Shown here one piece after another: positions 17,288 through 26,747 of a stretch of DNA of 64,000 bases. Below the pieces are notes generated by a model. The model had not been told where the DNA came from, made no database searches, and saw nothing but the letters and a program-made list of their open reading frames with translations. Source of the stretch: Verrucomicrobiia bacterium (GTDB lineage Bacteria; Verrucomicrobiota; Verrucomicrobiia; Limisphaerales; UBA11358). How positions within the stretch are numbered: the stretch's first letter is position 1; each line of letters starts with the position of its first letter. The DNA lies in contig DASXYX010000026.1 of the NCBI GenBank assembly GCA_036502245.1, positions 8,575 through 72,574 of the forward strand, read 5' to 3'. The translations under genes were made by a program, and so were the position numbers.

Positions 17288-20200
17288 GTGGTTAAAAAAT
17301 CAATGAACCCGTCGGCCAACTTTCTCACGCCCTCGCAGCAGTGCGCCGTTGACGCTCGTGGAAATGTGCTGGTTGTGGCCGGCGCAGGCACGGGCAAAAC
17401 CCACACCCTCATCACCCGCTGCGTTGACTTGATACAAAGGGAAAAGGTCTCGCTCGATGAGATATTGATCGTCACCTTCACCGAGGCCGCCGCGACGGAA
17501 ATGAAACGTCGCCTTCGCGCGGCATTGGAAGAATCCGGCGATCCGCATAGCGTTGAGCAACTGGCGCTATTTGACGCCGCGTACATCGGCACCCTGCATG
17601 GATTTTGCTTCAAATTGGTTCGCGAACATTTTCACGAACTCGGCCTCGATCCGCAACTGGCCGTGCTCGACGAGGCCCAGGCGTGCCTGCTGGCGGATGA
17701 AACACTGGAAGATCAATTCAACTCGCATTACGAAGGGCAGGACGAATTGTCCCTCGCCGCCCAGGAATTGATCAAAGTGTATGGCGGGGGGAACGACGAG
17801 AAAATTCGCGCGCTCATCCGGCGTTTGCACGATCACATGCAGACCCGCGCCGATGCGGAACATTGGCTGGCACAACAAATTGAAACTTTTTCTTCCGCGA
17901 AACCAATCCAATGGCGCGAATGGTTCATCAGAGCGATTTCGGAATGGCGGGACGAATGGCTGCCTGTACTCGCGCATTTGGAACGGGAAAACCCGAAGGC
18001 GGCCGAATGCCGGCAAATCCTCGGGAAATCCAAAGGCCAGGAGCTTTTCCAAAAGATTCTCAGTACTGACGGCAAGGAAAACTACCCATCAGGAAAATAT
18101 ACCGTGTTACGAGGGCCGCTTAAAAAGTTTTTTGAAGAGGCGAAATTTTTGAATTCACTTATTGGCGCCGGGACAAAAGATCCATTGGCTGAAGACTGGG
18201 GATGGATTCGCGATCACATGACCACGCTCTTGCGACTCGCGGCGGAATTTAATGAGAGGTTTTCCGCCCGCAAACGCGCCGACGGCGGTTTGGATTTTCA
18301 CGACCTGGAACAGTTCGCATTGCAACTGCTATGGGACCATAAACGCGGTCGTCCGACGGAGACCGCCGTTTGGTGGCGCGCGCGATTACGCTATGTTTTT
18401 GTGGATGAATACCAGGATATCAATGCTGCACAGGACAAGATCATCTTTGCGCTGTCACGCGAGGACAAAGAGGCGAATCGGTTTCTCGTCGGGGACGTGA
18501 AACAGAGCATCTATCGCTTTCGCCTCGCCGATCCGAAAATTTTTCGGGATTACTCCCATGACTGGCGCGGCAAAAATGGGCAGACCATTCCCCTTACTGA
18601 GAATTTCCGCAGCCGCGAATCATTGCTGGGCTTCGTGAATGCCTTTTTTGCGCCGCTGATGCGGGAAGAAACCGGCGGCGTGGATTATGATGACGAAGCC
18701 GCTTTAAAATTTGGCTCCCCGGAAACGCGGGCGGTGTTGGGTGTGAAGAAAAATCCGGAGCCATGTGCCGAGCTGTTATTACGTTTAAAGGCTGGTCGCG
18801 ATGAACGCGCCGATGGCGATGATGATTTGGCCGACCTTGAGGAATCAGAAAAAGAAGCGCGAATGCTCGCAGTGCGCTTGATTGAGATGCGGACATCGTT
18901 GCATCAGATCTGGGATGAAAGGGCGGAGACTTTTCGCCCGGCTGAATGGCGGGACATGGCGATATTGTTACGCTCTCCGTCGGGCAAAGCTGAAATTTTT
19001 GCCAAACAATTTGAGCTGGCTGGTGTCCCGTTGCTCGTCGAGCGTGGAGGGTTCTATGACAGCAGCGAAGTCGCCGACCTGTTAAGCCTGCTGCAATTGC
19101 TCGACAATCCACTGCAGGATGTTCCCCTGATCTCCGTGCTGCGCTCGCCCATTGTCGGCTGTTCCCTCGATGAACTGGCGGAAATAAGGATGTCGAGCAA
19201 TGGGAAATTTTGGTTCGCCCTGATTCAGGCGGGCGCTAAAACAAAGGACGCCACGACAAAACAAAAGATCGGCAAATTTCTCGAAAGATTCTCGCGCTGG
19301 CGAAAGATTGTGAAACAGATTTCGCTCTCGCAATGCCTGGAAACGATTTTGGCAGAGACGCATTACGACGATTGGTTGCTGTCGCGTCTGCGGGGCATGC
19401 AACAGCGCGCCAATGTGCGGCGGTTTGTCAATCTGGCGGGGCAATTCGATCAATTTCAACGCCAGGGATTGTTTCGTTTTTTGAAATTTGTCGAGGCGCA
19501 ACGCGAGGTTGATGCGGAACCGGAGGTGGCGGCGGCGATGGATGAAAACGCAGTGCGGTTGATGAGTATCCACCAGAGCAAAGGATTGGAATTTCCGATT
19601 GTGGCAGTGGCCGGCCTGGCAAAAAATTTCAATGAGCAGGACTTGCGTGGCGAAATCATTTTGGACGAGCGATTTGGCCTTTGTCCGCGTGTGAAACCGC
19701 CGGGAGCCGGCGGGCGGTATCCCTCGCTTGCGAACTGGCTGGCAAAGAGGAACCAGCGGCGGGAACTTCGCGGGGAAGAGATGCGGTTGCTCTATGTCGC
19801 CCTCACGCGCGCGCGTGACACGCTTGTTTTGAGCGGGACTATTTCCGACAAACAATGGGGAGCCGTTGATGATAAATCGGACTCCATCACCACACACGAG
19901 ATCGTGTCAGCTAAGAGCTATATGGATTGGCTGGCGCTCTGGTTCCGGCTGCAACCGGAGATCAAAACGGATGCTGAGAAAGGTTCGTTACCGTATTTGC
20001 GCTGGCGCTTTGTAAACGACACGGAACTGGCGTTTGAAGGAGCGGGCGCGCGCGCTGCTGTTTCCCTCTCCCCTCAACGGGGAGAGGGATTAAGGGTGAG
20101 GGGTGAGAGTCTCGGCGGATACCCATCGTCTGAAATTAAAAAGAAACTTCGTGACGTATTGGAATGGCAATACTCGTTTGACGCGGCCACGAAGCGCGCG

Positions 20201-20836
20201 GCGAAATCATCTGTCACTGCGTTGCGGCGAACGGCGAATGAAGGATTGGAGGACGAAGCACAAGCGATTTTCCCGACGGCAACACGGCGCTCGCGCGCAA
20301 AGCTGTCTGCCGCCGATACCGGACTGGCGCATCATAAATTCCTGCAACATTTCGATTTTGAAAAAGCGGCAGATGTAGAATCGCTTGAAAAAGACGCGCA
20401 GCGATTGGAAAAGGAGAAATATTTGACGTCCGACGAACGCGCGGCGTTGAAGTTGAAAAATATCGCGACCTTTTGGAGTTCGGATATCGGAAAGAAGATA
20501 CGCGAACAGGCAGCACTGGTGCGACGAGAGTTGCCATTCACGGCCCGATTTACGCCGAGCGAATTGGACAAGATCCTCGGAACGAAGTCAGGAGATATGG
20601 AGGATGAATTTGTGGTCGTGCAGGGCATAGCGGATTTGGTGGTGCTGTTGCCTAAAGAAATTTGGGTGGTGGATTTCAAAACCGATGAGGTGCGGACGGC
20701 TGATTTGCCGGAAAAAAAGAAGTTTTACGCCCCACAGTTGAAATTATACGCCCAGGCGCTCAAAAAGATTTATTCGCGACCGGTCACGAAATGTTGGCTG
20801 CATTTTTTGGCGTTGGGGAAGACGGAAATGATTTGA
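17288..20836 (+). CDS. UvrD-type helicase fused to a PD-(D/E)XK nuclease (AddA/RecB-like)
   Basis: Walker A VVAGAGTGKTHTL, FVDEYQD, helicase motifs, and a C-terminal nuclease motif GIADLVV...VVDFKTD. Start is GTG 17288 or ATG 17303. Confidence 0.8.
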   Translation: MVKKSMNPSANFLTPSQQCAVDARGNVLVVAGAGTGKTHTLITRCVDLIQREKVSLDEILIVTFTEAAATEMKRRLRAALEESGDPHSVEQLALFDAAYIGTLHGFCFKLVREHFHELGLDPQLAVLDEAQACLLADETLEDQFNSHYEGQDELSLAAQELIKVYGGGNDEKIRALIRRLHDHMQTRADAEHWLAQQIETFSSAKPIQWREWFIRAISEWRDEWLPVLAHLERENPKAAECRQILGKSKGQELFQKILSTDGKENYPSGKYTVLRGPLKKFFEEAKFLNSLIGAGTKDPLAEDWGWIRDHMTTLLRLAAEFNERFSARKRADGGLDFHDLEQFALQLLWDHKRGRPTETAVWWRARLRYVFVDEYQDINAAQDKIIFALSREDKEANRFLVGDVKQSIYRFRLADPKIFRDYSHDWRGKNGQTIPLTENFRSRESLLGFVNAFFAPLMREETGGVDYDDEAALKFGSPETRAVLGVKKNPEPCAELLLRLKAGRDERADGDDDLADLEESEKEARMLAVRLIEMRTSLHQIWDERAETFRPAEWRDMAILLRSPSGKAEIFAKQFELAGVPLLVERGGFYDSSEVADLLSLLQLLDNPLQDVPLISVLRSPIVGCSLDELAEIRMSSNGKFWFALIQAGAKTKDATTKQKIGKFLERFSRWRKIVKQISLSQCLETILAETHYDDWLLSRLRGMQQRANVRRFVNLAGQFDQFQRQGLFRFLKFVEAQREVDAEPEVAAAMDENAVRLMSIHQSKGLEFPIVAVAGLAKNFNEQDLRGEIILDERFGLCPRVKPPGAGGRYPSLANWLAKRNQRRELRGEEMRLLYVALTRARDTLVLSGTISDKQWGAVDDKSDSITTHEIVSAKSYMDWLALWFRLQPEIKTDAEKGSLPYLRWRFVNDTELAFEGAGARAAVSLSPQRGEGLRVRGESLGGYPSSEIKKKLRDVLEWQYSFDAATKRAAKSSVTALRRTANEGLEDEAQAIFPTATRRSRAKLSAADTGLAHHKFLQHFDFEKAADVESLEKDAQRLEKEKYLTSDERAALKLKNIATFWSSDIGKKIREQAALVRRELPFTARFTPSELDKILGTKSGDMEDEFVVVQGIADLVVLLPKEIWVVDFKTDEVRTADLPEKKKFYAPQLKLYAQALKKIYSRPVTKCWLHFLALGKTEMI
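20064..20107. repeat. palindromic element family B, copy 2, inside the helicase-nuclease ORF
   Basis: CCCTCTCCCC (20064-20073) pairs with GGGGAGAGGG (20079-20088), then ATTAAGGGTGAGGGGTGAG. It is translated in frame as SLSPQRGEGLRVRGES. Confidence 0.8.
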
Positions 20837-20863
20837 ATGTAATTTCGGTCTGCTTGCCTCGCC

Positions 20864-21751
20864 TCAATTCGGCTCCTGCAATGGCAAGTCTTCAGTTTTT
20901 TCTTCAGCAGGTTCAGGCAATGGCTCCAGTTCGGCATCGGGGGCTTTCACGCGGACGAGGGCCGGGCGCAGCAATTTGCCCTGGAAAGTGAAGCCGGAAG
21001 CAATCGTTTCCGCAACCACGCCACCATCAACTGCCTGGGCTTTGCCATCAACGTCCTGATGTTTCGGCGGATCGAACGCTTCGCCGGGTTCGGCGGAAAA
21101 CGGAGCCAGGCCGACACGGCGGATGGCATCATGACAGGCGTTTTGAAAATTGGAGATCTGGTCGATGACTTTGGGTTGGCCCGAGCGGACGGCGGCGGTA
21201 TGCAACAGAAAGACATGGTCCAGGATCCGGACGAGTATTTGCATCCATTCGGCTTCGCCGCGGCGGAGCTTGTCCGCTTCCAGCCGGAGAGCGGCTTTTT
21301 CGCTCTCATTCATTTTTTGCATGAAGGCGGAGAAGCGCTGGACTTCGCCAGCCATGCCGTCGGCAATCTCTTTGGCAAGATTCGAGGTTTTTTCGGCCTG
21401 CATCTGCGCGTTCATCCATTCGTTGGTGGCGGCGGAGATCTGGGAGGAAAGTTTTTCAAGACTTTGGATTTTTTCAGTGATGGAACCCAGGGCGGCGGCA
21501 TCGATGGATTTCACCGAAACGCGGTAATCGAAAATGAACGGGAGGCAGCCGAGGATCGAGCCAAGAGCGACACAGGCGGACGCGACAATGATCTGCGTTT
21601 CATCGATGGGATGCTGCGCGCGCCAGATCAGGATCGCGGCAACGGCGAGCAGCGCAACCCAGGCGAACAGGAACGGCGGTTTGGAAGCCTTCCAAAGTTT
21701 TGAGTCATTCACGGTGTCATTTTCGGAAAAAAGACGCACCGGCGCAAGCAA
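20864..21751 (-). CDS. membrane-anchored coiled-coil protein with a GrpE-like C-terminal domain
   Basis: Two N-terminal TM helices and a central heptad-like region. The C-terminal pattern AFDPPKHQDV...VAETIASGFTFQGKLLRPALVRV resembles the GrpE beta-domain (FDP..H.A...GY...LRPA.V.V). Confidence 0.5.
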   Translation of the reverse strand: MLAPVRLFSENDTVNDSKLWKASKPPFLFAWVALLAVAAILIWRAQHPIDETQIIVASACVALGSILGCLPFIFDYRVSVKSIDAAALGSITEKIQSLEKLSSQISAATNEWMNAQMQAEKTSNLAKEIADGMAGEVQRFSAFMQKMNESEKAALRLEADKLRRGEAEWMQILVRILDHVFLLHTAAVRSGQPKVIDQISNFQNACHDAIRRVGLAPFSAEPGEAFDPPKHQDVDGKAQAVDGGVVAETIASGFTFQGKLLRPALVRVKAPDAELEPLPEPAEEKTEDLPLQEPN

Positions 21752-21801
21752 ACGAGGAATTTCTGCTCGACTAACCCTCCCCGCCCCAAAATCATTGGCC
21801 G

Positions 21802-22683
21802 GTGCGGATTTGCGTTATCTTCAACCCGGCAGCGCGCGGCAACAAGGCGCGGCATTTCCGCCACCATCTCTCCGAGATCGGCGGACAAAGCGCGTTGAAG
21901 GCCACGGCAGCAGCCGGAGACGCGCGCCGGCTGGCGGCAGACGCAGTGAAGGACGGATTCGACGTGATCGTCGCCGCAGGGGGCGATGGAACCGTGCATG
22001 AGGTGCTCAATGGCATCGGCGATGCCCCAGGCGGATTTGAAAAGGCGCGATTAGGAGTTTTACCGCTGGGCACGGTGAACGTGTTCGCGCGCGAATTGAA
22101 CATGCCGCTAAAAATGGAAAAGGCCTGGGAACACCTGTTGCGCGGGCAAGAACGCAAGATCGACCTGCCCTACGCGGAATTTTTGGCCACCGGGAAAAAA
22201 GTTTATTTTGTCCAACTCGGCGGCGCGGGATTGGATGTGCGCGCGATTGAACTGGTGGATTTTTCGGTGAAGAAAAAAATCGGACCACTCGCGTATGTCA
22301 TAGCCGGTCTGAAGGCTTTATTCGAAAAGAAGCTGCAGATCAAGGCCACGGCCAACGGGTCCAGTTATTCGGGCGAATTGGTTCTGGTCGGCAACGGCAA
22401 ATATTACGGCGGGCCGTTCGAGGTGTTTCCCTCGGCGGACCTGTGCGACGGGATTCTGGATGTGTGCATCTTTCCGCGGACGGATATGGGCACACTATTG
22501 CGTTGCGCGCCGGATTTCCTGTTTAGGCGGAAGTTGCCGGAAAAGCTGGTGAAGCGGTTTCGAGGGCCGGGTTTTGAGCTGGCGGCGGATTTGGCGGCAA
22601 GTTTGGAATTGGACGGAGAATTGGTCGGCGCGCTGCCCGTCAGATTTGGAGTCGAGCAGGGACGGCTGCGTGTGATGGGATAA
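21802..22683 (+). CDS. diacylglycerol/lipid kinase family protein (YegS/BmrU-like)
   Basis: ICVIFNPAARGNKA and VIVAAGGDGTVHEVLNG motifs, then GTVNVFAREL. Confidence 0.8.
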   Translation: MRICVIFNPAARGNKARHFRHHLSEIGGQSALKATAAAGDARRLAADAVKDGFDVIVAAGGDGTVHEVLNGIGDAPGGFEKARLGVLPLGTVNVFARELNMPLKMEKAWEHLLRGQERKIDLPYAEFLATGKKVYFVQLGGAGLDVRAIELVDFSVKKKIGPLAYVIAGLKALFEKKLQIKATANGSSYSGELVLVGNGKYYGGPFEVFPSADLCDGILDVCIFPRTDMGTLLRCAPDFLFRRKLPEKLVKRFRGPGFELAADLAASLELDGELVGALPVRFGVEQGRLRVMG

Positions 22684-22764
22684 AGTGGAAGGTGAAAAAT
22701 CTTGCGCATGGGCGAACCGCCCGTTATTCTACGAGGCTGTTTCGTTCTGCTTTTTGCAGATAAT

Positions 22765-22840
22765 GGGTTGGTAGCTCAGTTGGTAGAGCAGTGCCCTTTT
22801 AAGGCATTGGTCCAGGGTTCGAGTCCCTGCCAACCCACCA
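22765..22840 (+). tRNA. tRNA-Lys (anticodon UUU)
   Basis: Cloverleaf with acceptor GGGTTGG/CCAACCC, anticodon loop CTTTTAA, T-loop GGTTCGAGTCC and an encoded CCA. Confidence 0.9.
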
Positions 22841-22964
22841 CTTTTTCATCAGGGCAGCTTTTGGTGTCTGCCCGGGGCTTATGAAGGGGTGCAAGTAGCA
22901 TTACAGTTTCTTAATCTTTCCATTTTTTGCTTTTCGCGGTGCCAAAAAATGCTTTCATGGTGAC

Positions 22965-23816
22965 ATGTTGCGCGTGAAATTTTGGGGCGTGCGCGGCTCT
23001 CTCCCGACGCCGGGCCGGGGCACCGTCCACTATGGTGGCAATACCTCCTGCGTGGAGGTGCGTTGCGGCGATGACATCATCATCCTGGATGCCGGCACCG
23101 GTTTGCGTTCTCTGGGGACTTCGTTGATGGCCGAATTCAAAAACCGCCCGCTTAACCTGACGCTTTTGCTCACGCACATGCATTGGGACCATATCCATGG
23201 CCTGCCGTTTTTTGCGCCCATCTATAATTCACAATGCCGCCTGCGTATCCTGGGATGCGAAGGGGCGCGCAAGGGATTGGTGGACGCGCTTACCGGGCAG
23301 ATGGAAAGCACCTATTTTCCGGTTCCATTCGCCAAAGTGCCCGGCAATATCGAAGTGGAGGAATTCAAGGAATTGAATTTTGAGATCGGGCCGTTCCTGG
23401 TCCGCGCCCAACGCGCAAACCATCCCGGCCTGTGCGTCGGCTACCGGCTGTTCACCCCCGATGGCCTGGTCAGTTTTTTCCCGGACACCGAGCCGCGCAC
23501 GGGCGGCGAGGACCGCGAAATGATCGAGTTCATTCGCGATTCGGACGTGCTGATTTTGGATACGCAATATGACAAGGACGAGTACAAGACGCACACCGGC
23601 TGGGGACACGGATGCGTGGACGACTCAGTGGCACTGGCGCTGGCAGCCAATGTGAAAAAATTGTTTTTGTTCCATCACGACCCTGACCACGACGACAAAA
23701 AGCTCGCGCAATTCGTCAAATACGCCCGCAGTCTGGCTGCCAAACACAAATCCAAATTAAAAATCGATGCCGCGCGCGAGGGTATGACGGTGCAATTAGG
23801 GAATAAGAAGGGTTAG
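22965..23816 (+). CDS. MBL-fold metallo-hydrolase
   Basis: LLLTHMHWDHIHGLPFF (HxHxDH) and a later HHDP motif. Length is 283 aa. Confidence 0.75.
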   Translation: MLRVKFWGVRGSLPTPGRGTVHYGGNTSCVEVRCGDDIIILDAGTGLRSLGTSLMAEFKNRPLNLTLLLTHMHWDHIHGLPFFAPIYNSQCRLRILGCEGARKGLVDALTGQMESTYFPVPFAKVPGNIEVEEFKELNFEIGPFLVRAQRANHPGLCVGYRLFTPDGLVSFFPDTEPRTGGEDREMIEFIRDSDVLILDTQYDKDEYKTHTGWGHGCVDDSVALALAANVKKLFLFHHDPDHDDKKLAQFVKYARSLAAKHKSKLKIDAAREGMTVQLGNKKG

Positions 23817-23827
23817 CGGAACAGCGA

Positions 23828-24556
23828 TCACTTCCCGGGTTTGCCCGCGAAATTGATGGCCATGGCGCCGCCAAAAAAGTTGACCACGCGCGGTTCCGTC
23901 AATCCTATCTGGCGCATTTTTTCCTGGACCGCCAATTGCGCGGGATAATGTTTCAAAGATTCGAGGATGTACGCATACGCTTGCGGGTTGCCGCAAAAAA
24001 GCAGGCCGATGAGCGGCACCGAACAGCGCAGATGGACGAAATAAAGTTTGCGCCAAAGAAAATTTTGCGGCTTCCCGAATTCAAGGATGACGATGCGCCC
24101 GCCGGGTTTGGCCACCCGCACCATTTCGGCCAGGCCGGTTTCCCAACTGGAGAGATTGCGCAGGCCGTAACCGACGGTGACCGCGTCGAAAGAATTGTCC
24201 GGGAACGGAAGCTGTTGGGCGTCGCCCTGGATGAATTTTAGGTTTTGGGCTTTTATCTTCGGGTTTTGAAGGCGGCTTTGGGCCACTTCGAGCATTTTAT
24301 CGCTGAAATCAAGGCCAGTCGTTTCGGCGCCACGCTGTGCCAGGGCAAAGGCGATGTCGCCGGTGCCGCAGCACAGGTCCAGGGCATGGTTACCCGGCTT
24401 GACCCCGGCCAATTCGACAACGCGCCGCTTCCAGAGCCGGTGGAAGCCGAAGCTCTGCAAGTCATTCAGCAGATCGTAGCGCCGCGCAATGGAGGCGAAA
24501 AGGTCGCCGACCCTGGCAGAACGTTGTTGGCCGGGAGCGTAAAAAACGTTGCTCAC
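23828..24556 (-). CDS. ubiE: demethylmenaquinone/ubiquinone C-methyltransferase (UbiE/MenG)
   Basis: YDLLNDLQSFGFHRLWKRR and the SAM-binding motif ALDLCCGTGD. Confidence 0.85.
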   Translation of the reverse strand: MSNVFYAPGQQRSARVGDLFASIARRYDLLNDLQSFGFHRLWKRRVVELAGVKPGNHALDLCCGTGDIAFALAQRGAETTGLDFSDKMLEVAQSRLQNPKIKAQNLKFIQGDAQQLPFPDNSFDAVTVGYGLRNLSSWETGLAEMVRVAKPGGRIVILEFGKPQNFLWRKLYFVHLRCSVPLIGLLFCGNPQAYAYILESLKHYPAQLAVQEKMRQIGLTEPRVVNFFGGAMAINFAGKPGK

Positions 24557-24682
24557 GCACGGAGCTTATCACGGCCGGTGAAGCCAAATCAAAGCCGATA
24601 ATTCTTCTTTGCAGCAGAAAATGGTTCTGTTATCGTCCGATGAACATTTGTTTGAGATACTAAGCAAGGCTTAAATCAATTT

Positions 24683-25096
24683 ATGAGTACCGCACCTGCC
24701 GCCGCGAAAAAGATTTTGGTCATTGATGACAACGAAATCATCCTGAAAACCACTTCGATGAAGCTTCAAAGCGCTGGTTATCAGGTGTTTACTGCTCTGG
24801 ACGGCTCCGAGGGCGTATCCATGGTCCGCAGGGAAAAACCCGACCTGGTATTGCTCGATATCACCTTTCCCCCCGACGTCAGCGGCGTTTCCTGGGACGG
24901 CTTTCGCATCATGGAATGGCTGCACCGCGTGGATGAGACCAAGAAGATCCCGATCATCGTCATCAGCGGCGTGGTGGAGGAAAAGAACAAGCAACGGGCC
25001 ACTTCTTCGGGAGCCGTCGCGTTTTTCCCCAAGCCGGTCAATTTTGACGAAATGCTCAAAGTGATCCGCGTGACACTGGAAAGCACAGCCTCCTAG
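24683..25096 (+). CDS. single-domain response regulator (CheY-like receiver)
   Basis: KILVIDDNEIILK, phosphoacceptor context DLVLLDITFP, IPIIVISG and FFPKPV. Confidence 0.8.
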   Translation: MSTAPAAAKKILVIDDNEIILKTTSMKLQSAGYQVFTALDGSEGVSMVRREKPDLVLLDITFPPDVSGVSWDGFRIMEWLHRVDETKKIPIIVISGVVEEKNKQRATSSGAVAFFPKPVNFDEMLKVIRVTLESTAS

Positions 25097-25143
25097 AAAT
25101 AGGGCTTTTCAAACCGGGAAAATTTTGTATCCTTTTTATTGAA

Positions 25144-25220
25144 GCGAGCGTAGCTCAGTCCGGTAGAGCGTCACCTTGCCAAGGTGAATGTCGAGGGTTC
25201 GAATCCCTTCGCTCGCTCCA
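25144..25220 (+). tRNA. tRNA-Gly (anticodon GCC)
   Basis: Acceptor GCGAGCG/CGCTCGC, anticodon loop TTGCCAA, T-loop GGTTCGAATCC and an encoded CCA. Confidence 0.9.
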
Positions 25221-25277
25221 GTTTTTTTCTGTTGGCGTAACTTCCACGGTCCTTGCCCGTCTACAATCATATTAGTT

Positions 25278-25790
25278 ATGAAAAAAATCCTTATTTTTGT
25301 CATATTGGTTGGCTGGTTGACGCTCGCCTCCGCGCAGAATCAGGCCGCGCGGCAAAATGCCGGCGACCGTTTCTTTCCCGGTCTGGCGCGCGTGTTGACG
25401 GATGCCCAACGTGAATCGTTGCGGGCGGTCCTGGCATCGCAGTACGCCCAGATCCAGCCGCTGGAGAAAAAAATGCGCGCTTCACGCCAGGCATTACTCG
25501 ACCAGATTGCGGGTGGAAATTTTAACGAAGATGCGGCGCATCAGGCGGCGCAAACTTCCGCGGATGCCGAAGTGGAACTGACGGTGATTTACGCCAGGGC
25601 GCTCTCGCAAATGACGCCCCCGCTTTCGGCGGACCAAATCCAGCAGATAAAAAACTTTCAACCAGGCCCGGGGCAATTTCAACGCGGAGGAAACGCAGCG
25701 GAAGAAGGAACGTCCACCCCGCCGCCATCGCACCTGCCGTTGCCGCCGGAATTGCCGCACGATTCCAATGGCCTGCCCGTCGTTAATTGA
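25278..25790 (+). CDS. periplasmic LTXXQ-type (Spy/CpxP-like) protein
   Basis: Signal peptide MKKILIFVILVGWLTLASA. LT.AQ-type motifs (LTDAQRESL, LSADQIQQI) sit in a helical Q/A-rich protein. Confidence 0.5.
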   Translation: MKKILIFVILVGWLTLASAQNQAARQNAGDRFFPGLARVLTDAQRESLRAVLASQYAQIQPLEKKMRASRQALLDQIAGGNFNEDAAHQAAQTSADAEVELTVIYARALSQMTPPLSADQIQQIKNFQPGPGQFQRGGNAAEEGTSTPPPSHLPLPPELPHDSNGLPVVN

Positions 25791-25821
25791 TTTCCCCGAT
25801 ATTTCTGGCAAGCTTCCGCCA

Positions 25822-26397
25822 ATGGAACCAACTGAAGCGGAGTTGATCGCCGCCGTGCTCAAAGGTGACGCCGCGAGCTTCGAGCCGTTGGTCCAGAAAT
25901 ATTCCCCCCGCGTTTTTGCCACGGCCCGCCGTTATGCCCGTCGCGAGAGTGAAGTCGAGGACATCGCGCAGGAAGTATGGCTGAAGGCGTTTGAGAAGCT
26001 GGGAAGTTTTCGTGGCGAAGCGCCGTTCGAACACTGGCTGATGCGGATGACGGTGCGCACCTGTTATGATTTCTTGCGCGGGCACCAGCGCAACCGCGAG
26101 GCCACGTTTTCGGATTTGAGCGAGCCGGAAAGCAACTGGCTGGAACGTTTTGCCACCGCGCCGGAATCCGCCACCGATGATGAAGACGCGGCGAAGCTGC
26201 TGATCGGCAGAGTCATGGAAAAGCTGTCGCCGCAGGCGCGGTTGGTCATCACCTTGTTGGAGATTGAAGACCGTTCCGTGAAGGAAATCGCCGGATTGAC
26301 CGGGTGGTCTGTGCCGCTGGTAAAGGTGCGGGCCTTTCGCGCGCGCGGGGAGATGAGGAAAATACTGGCTAAAATGAGCAAGGAGAAATATTTATGA
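25822..26397 (+). CDS. ECF-type RNA polymerase sigma-70 family factor
   Basis: Region 2 (FEPLVQKYSPRVFATARRY...EDIAQEVWLKAF) and region 4 (LSPQARLVITLLEIEDRSVKEIAGLTGWSVPLVKVRAFRAR). Confidence 0.85.
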   Translation: MEPTEAELIAAVLKGDAASFEPLVQKYSPRVFATARRYARRESEVEDIAQEVWLKAFEKLGSFRGEAPFEHWLMRMTVRTCYDFLRGHQRNREATFSDLSEPESNWLERFATAPESATDDEDAAKLLIGRVMEKLSPQARLVITLLEIEDRSVKEIAGLTGWSVPLVKVRAFRARGEMRKILAKMSKEKYL

Positions 26398-26747
26398 GTG
26401 TAACCCGTCGCGGCGATGCCGCGTCTAAAAAACCGAGTCGCATGAATCTCGATGAACTCCATAAGAAACTGATCGCCGCGGCGCGCGCCGAGGTGCCGGT
26501 GGATCGTGTGCCTTACGCATTTGAGAAACGCGTGAGCGCGCTGCTGGCCTCGCGCGTGGCTCCCCATGCTTTGGATGCGTGGGTCACGGGTTTGTGGCGG
26601 GCGGCAGTTTCATGCGTGGGAGTGGCCGCGTTGTGCGGCATGCTCACGCTGATCGCCTCGGCTTCCACGGCGGCGTCCAGCGACGATATTTCCCAGAACC
26701 TGGACAGCGCGCTTTTGTCCGTTGACCAAACCGATCTTGCCCAGTGA
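26394..26747 (+). CDS. putative anti-sigma factor (single-pass membrane protein)
   Basis: ATGA overlap with the sigma gene, small size and one TM helix (AVSCVGVAALCGMLTLI). The function is assigned by position only. Confidence 0.4.
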   Translation: MSVTRRGDAASKKPSRMNLDELHKKLIAAARAEVPVDRVPYAFEKRVSALLASRVAPHALDAWVTGLWRAAVSCVGVAALCGMLTLIASASTAASSDDISQNLDSALLSVDQTDLAQ

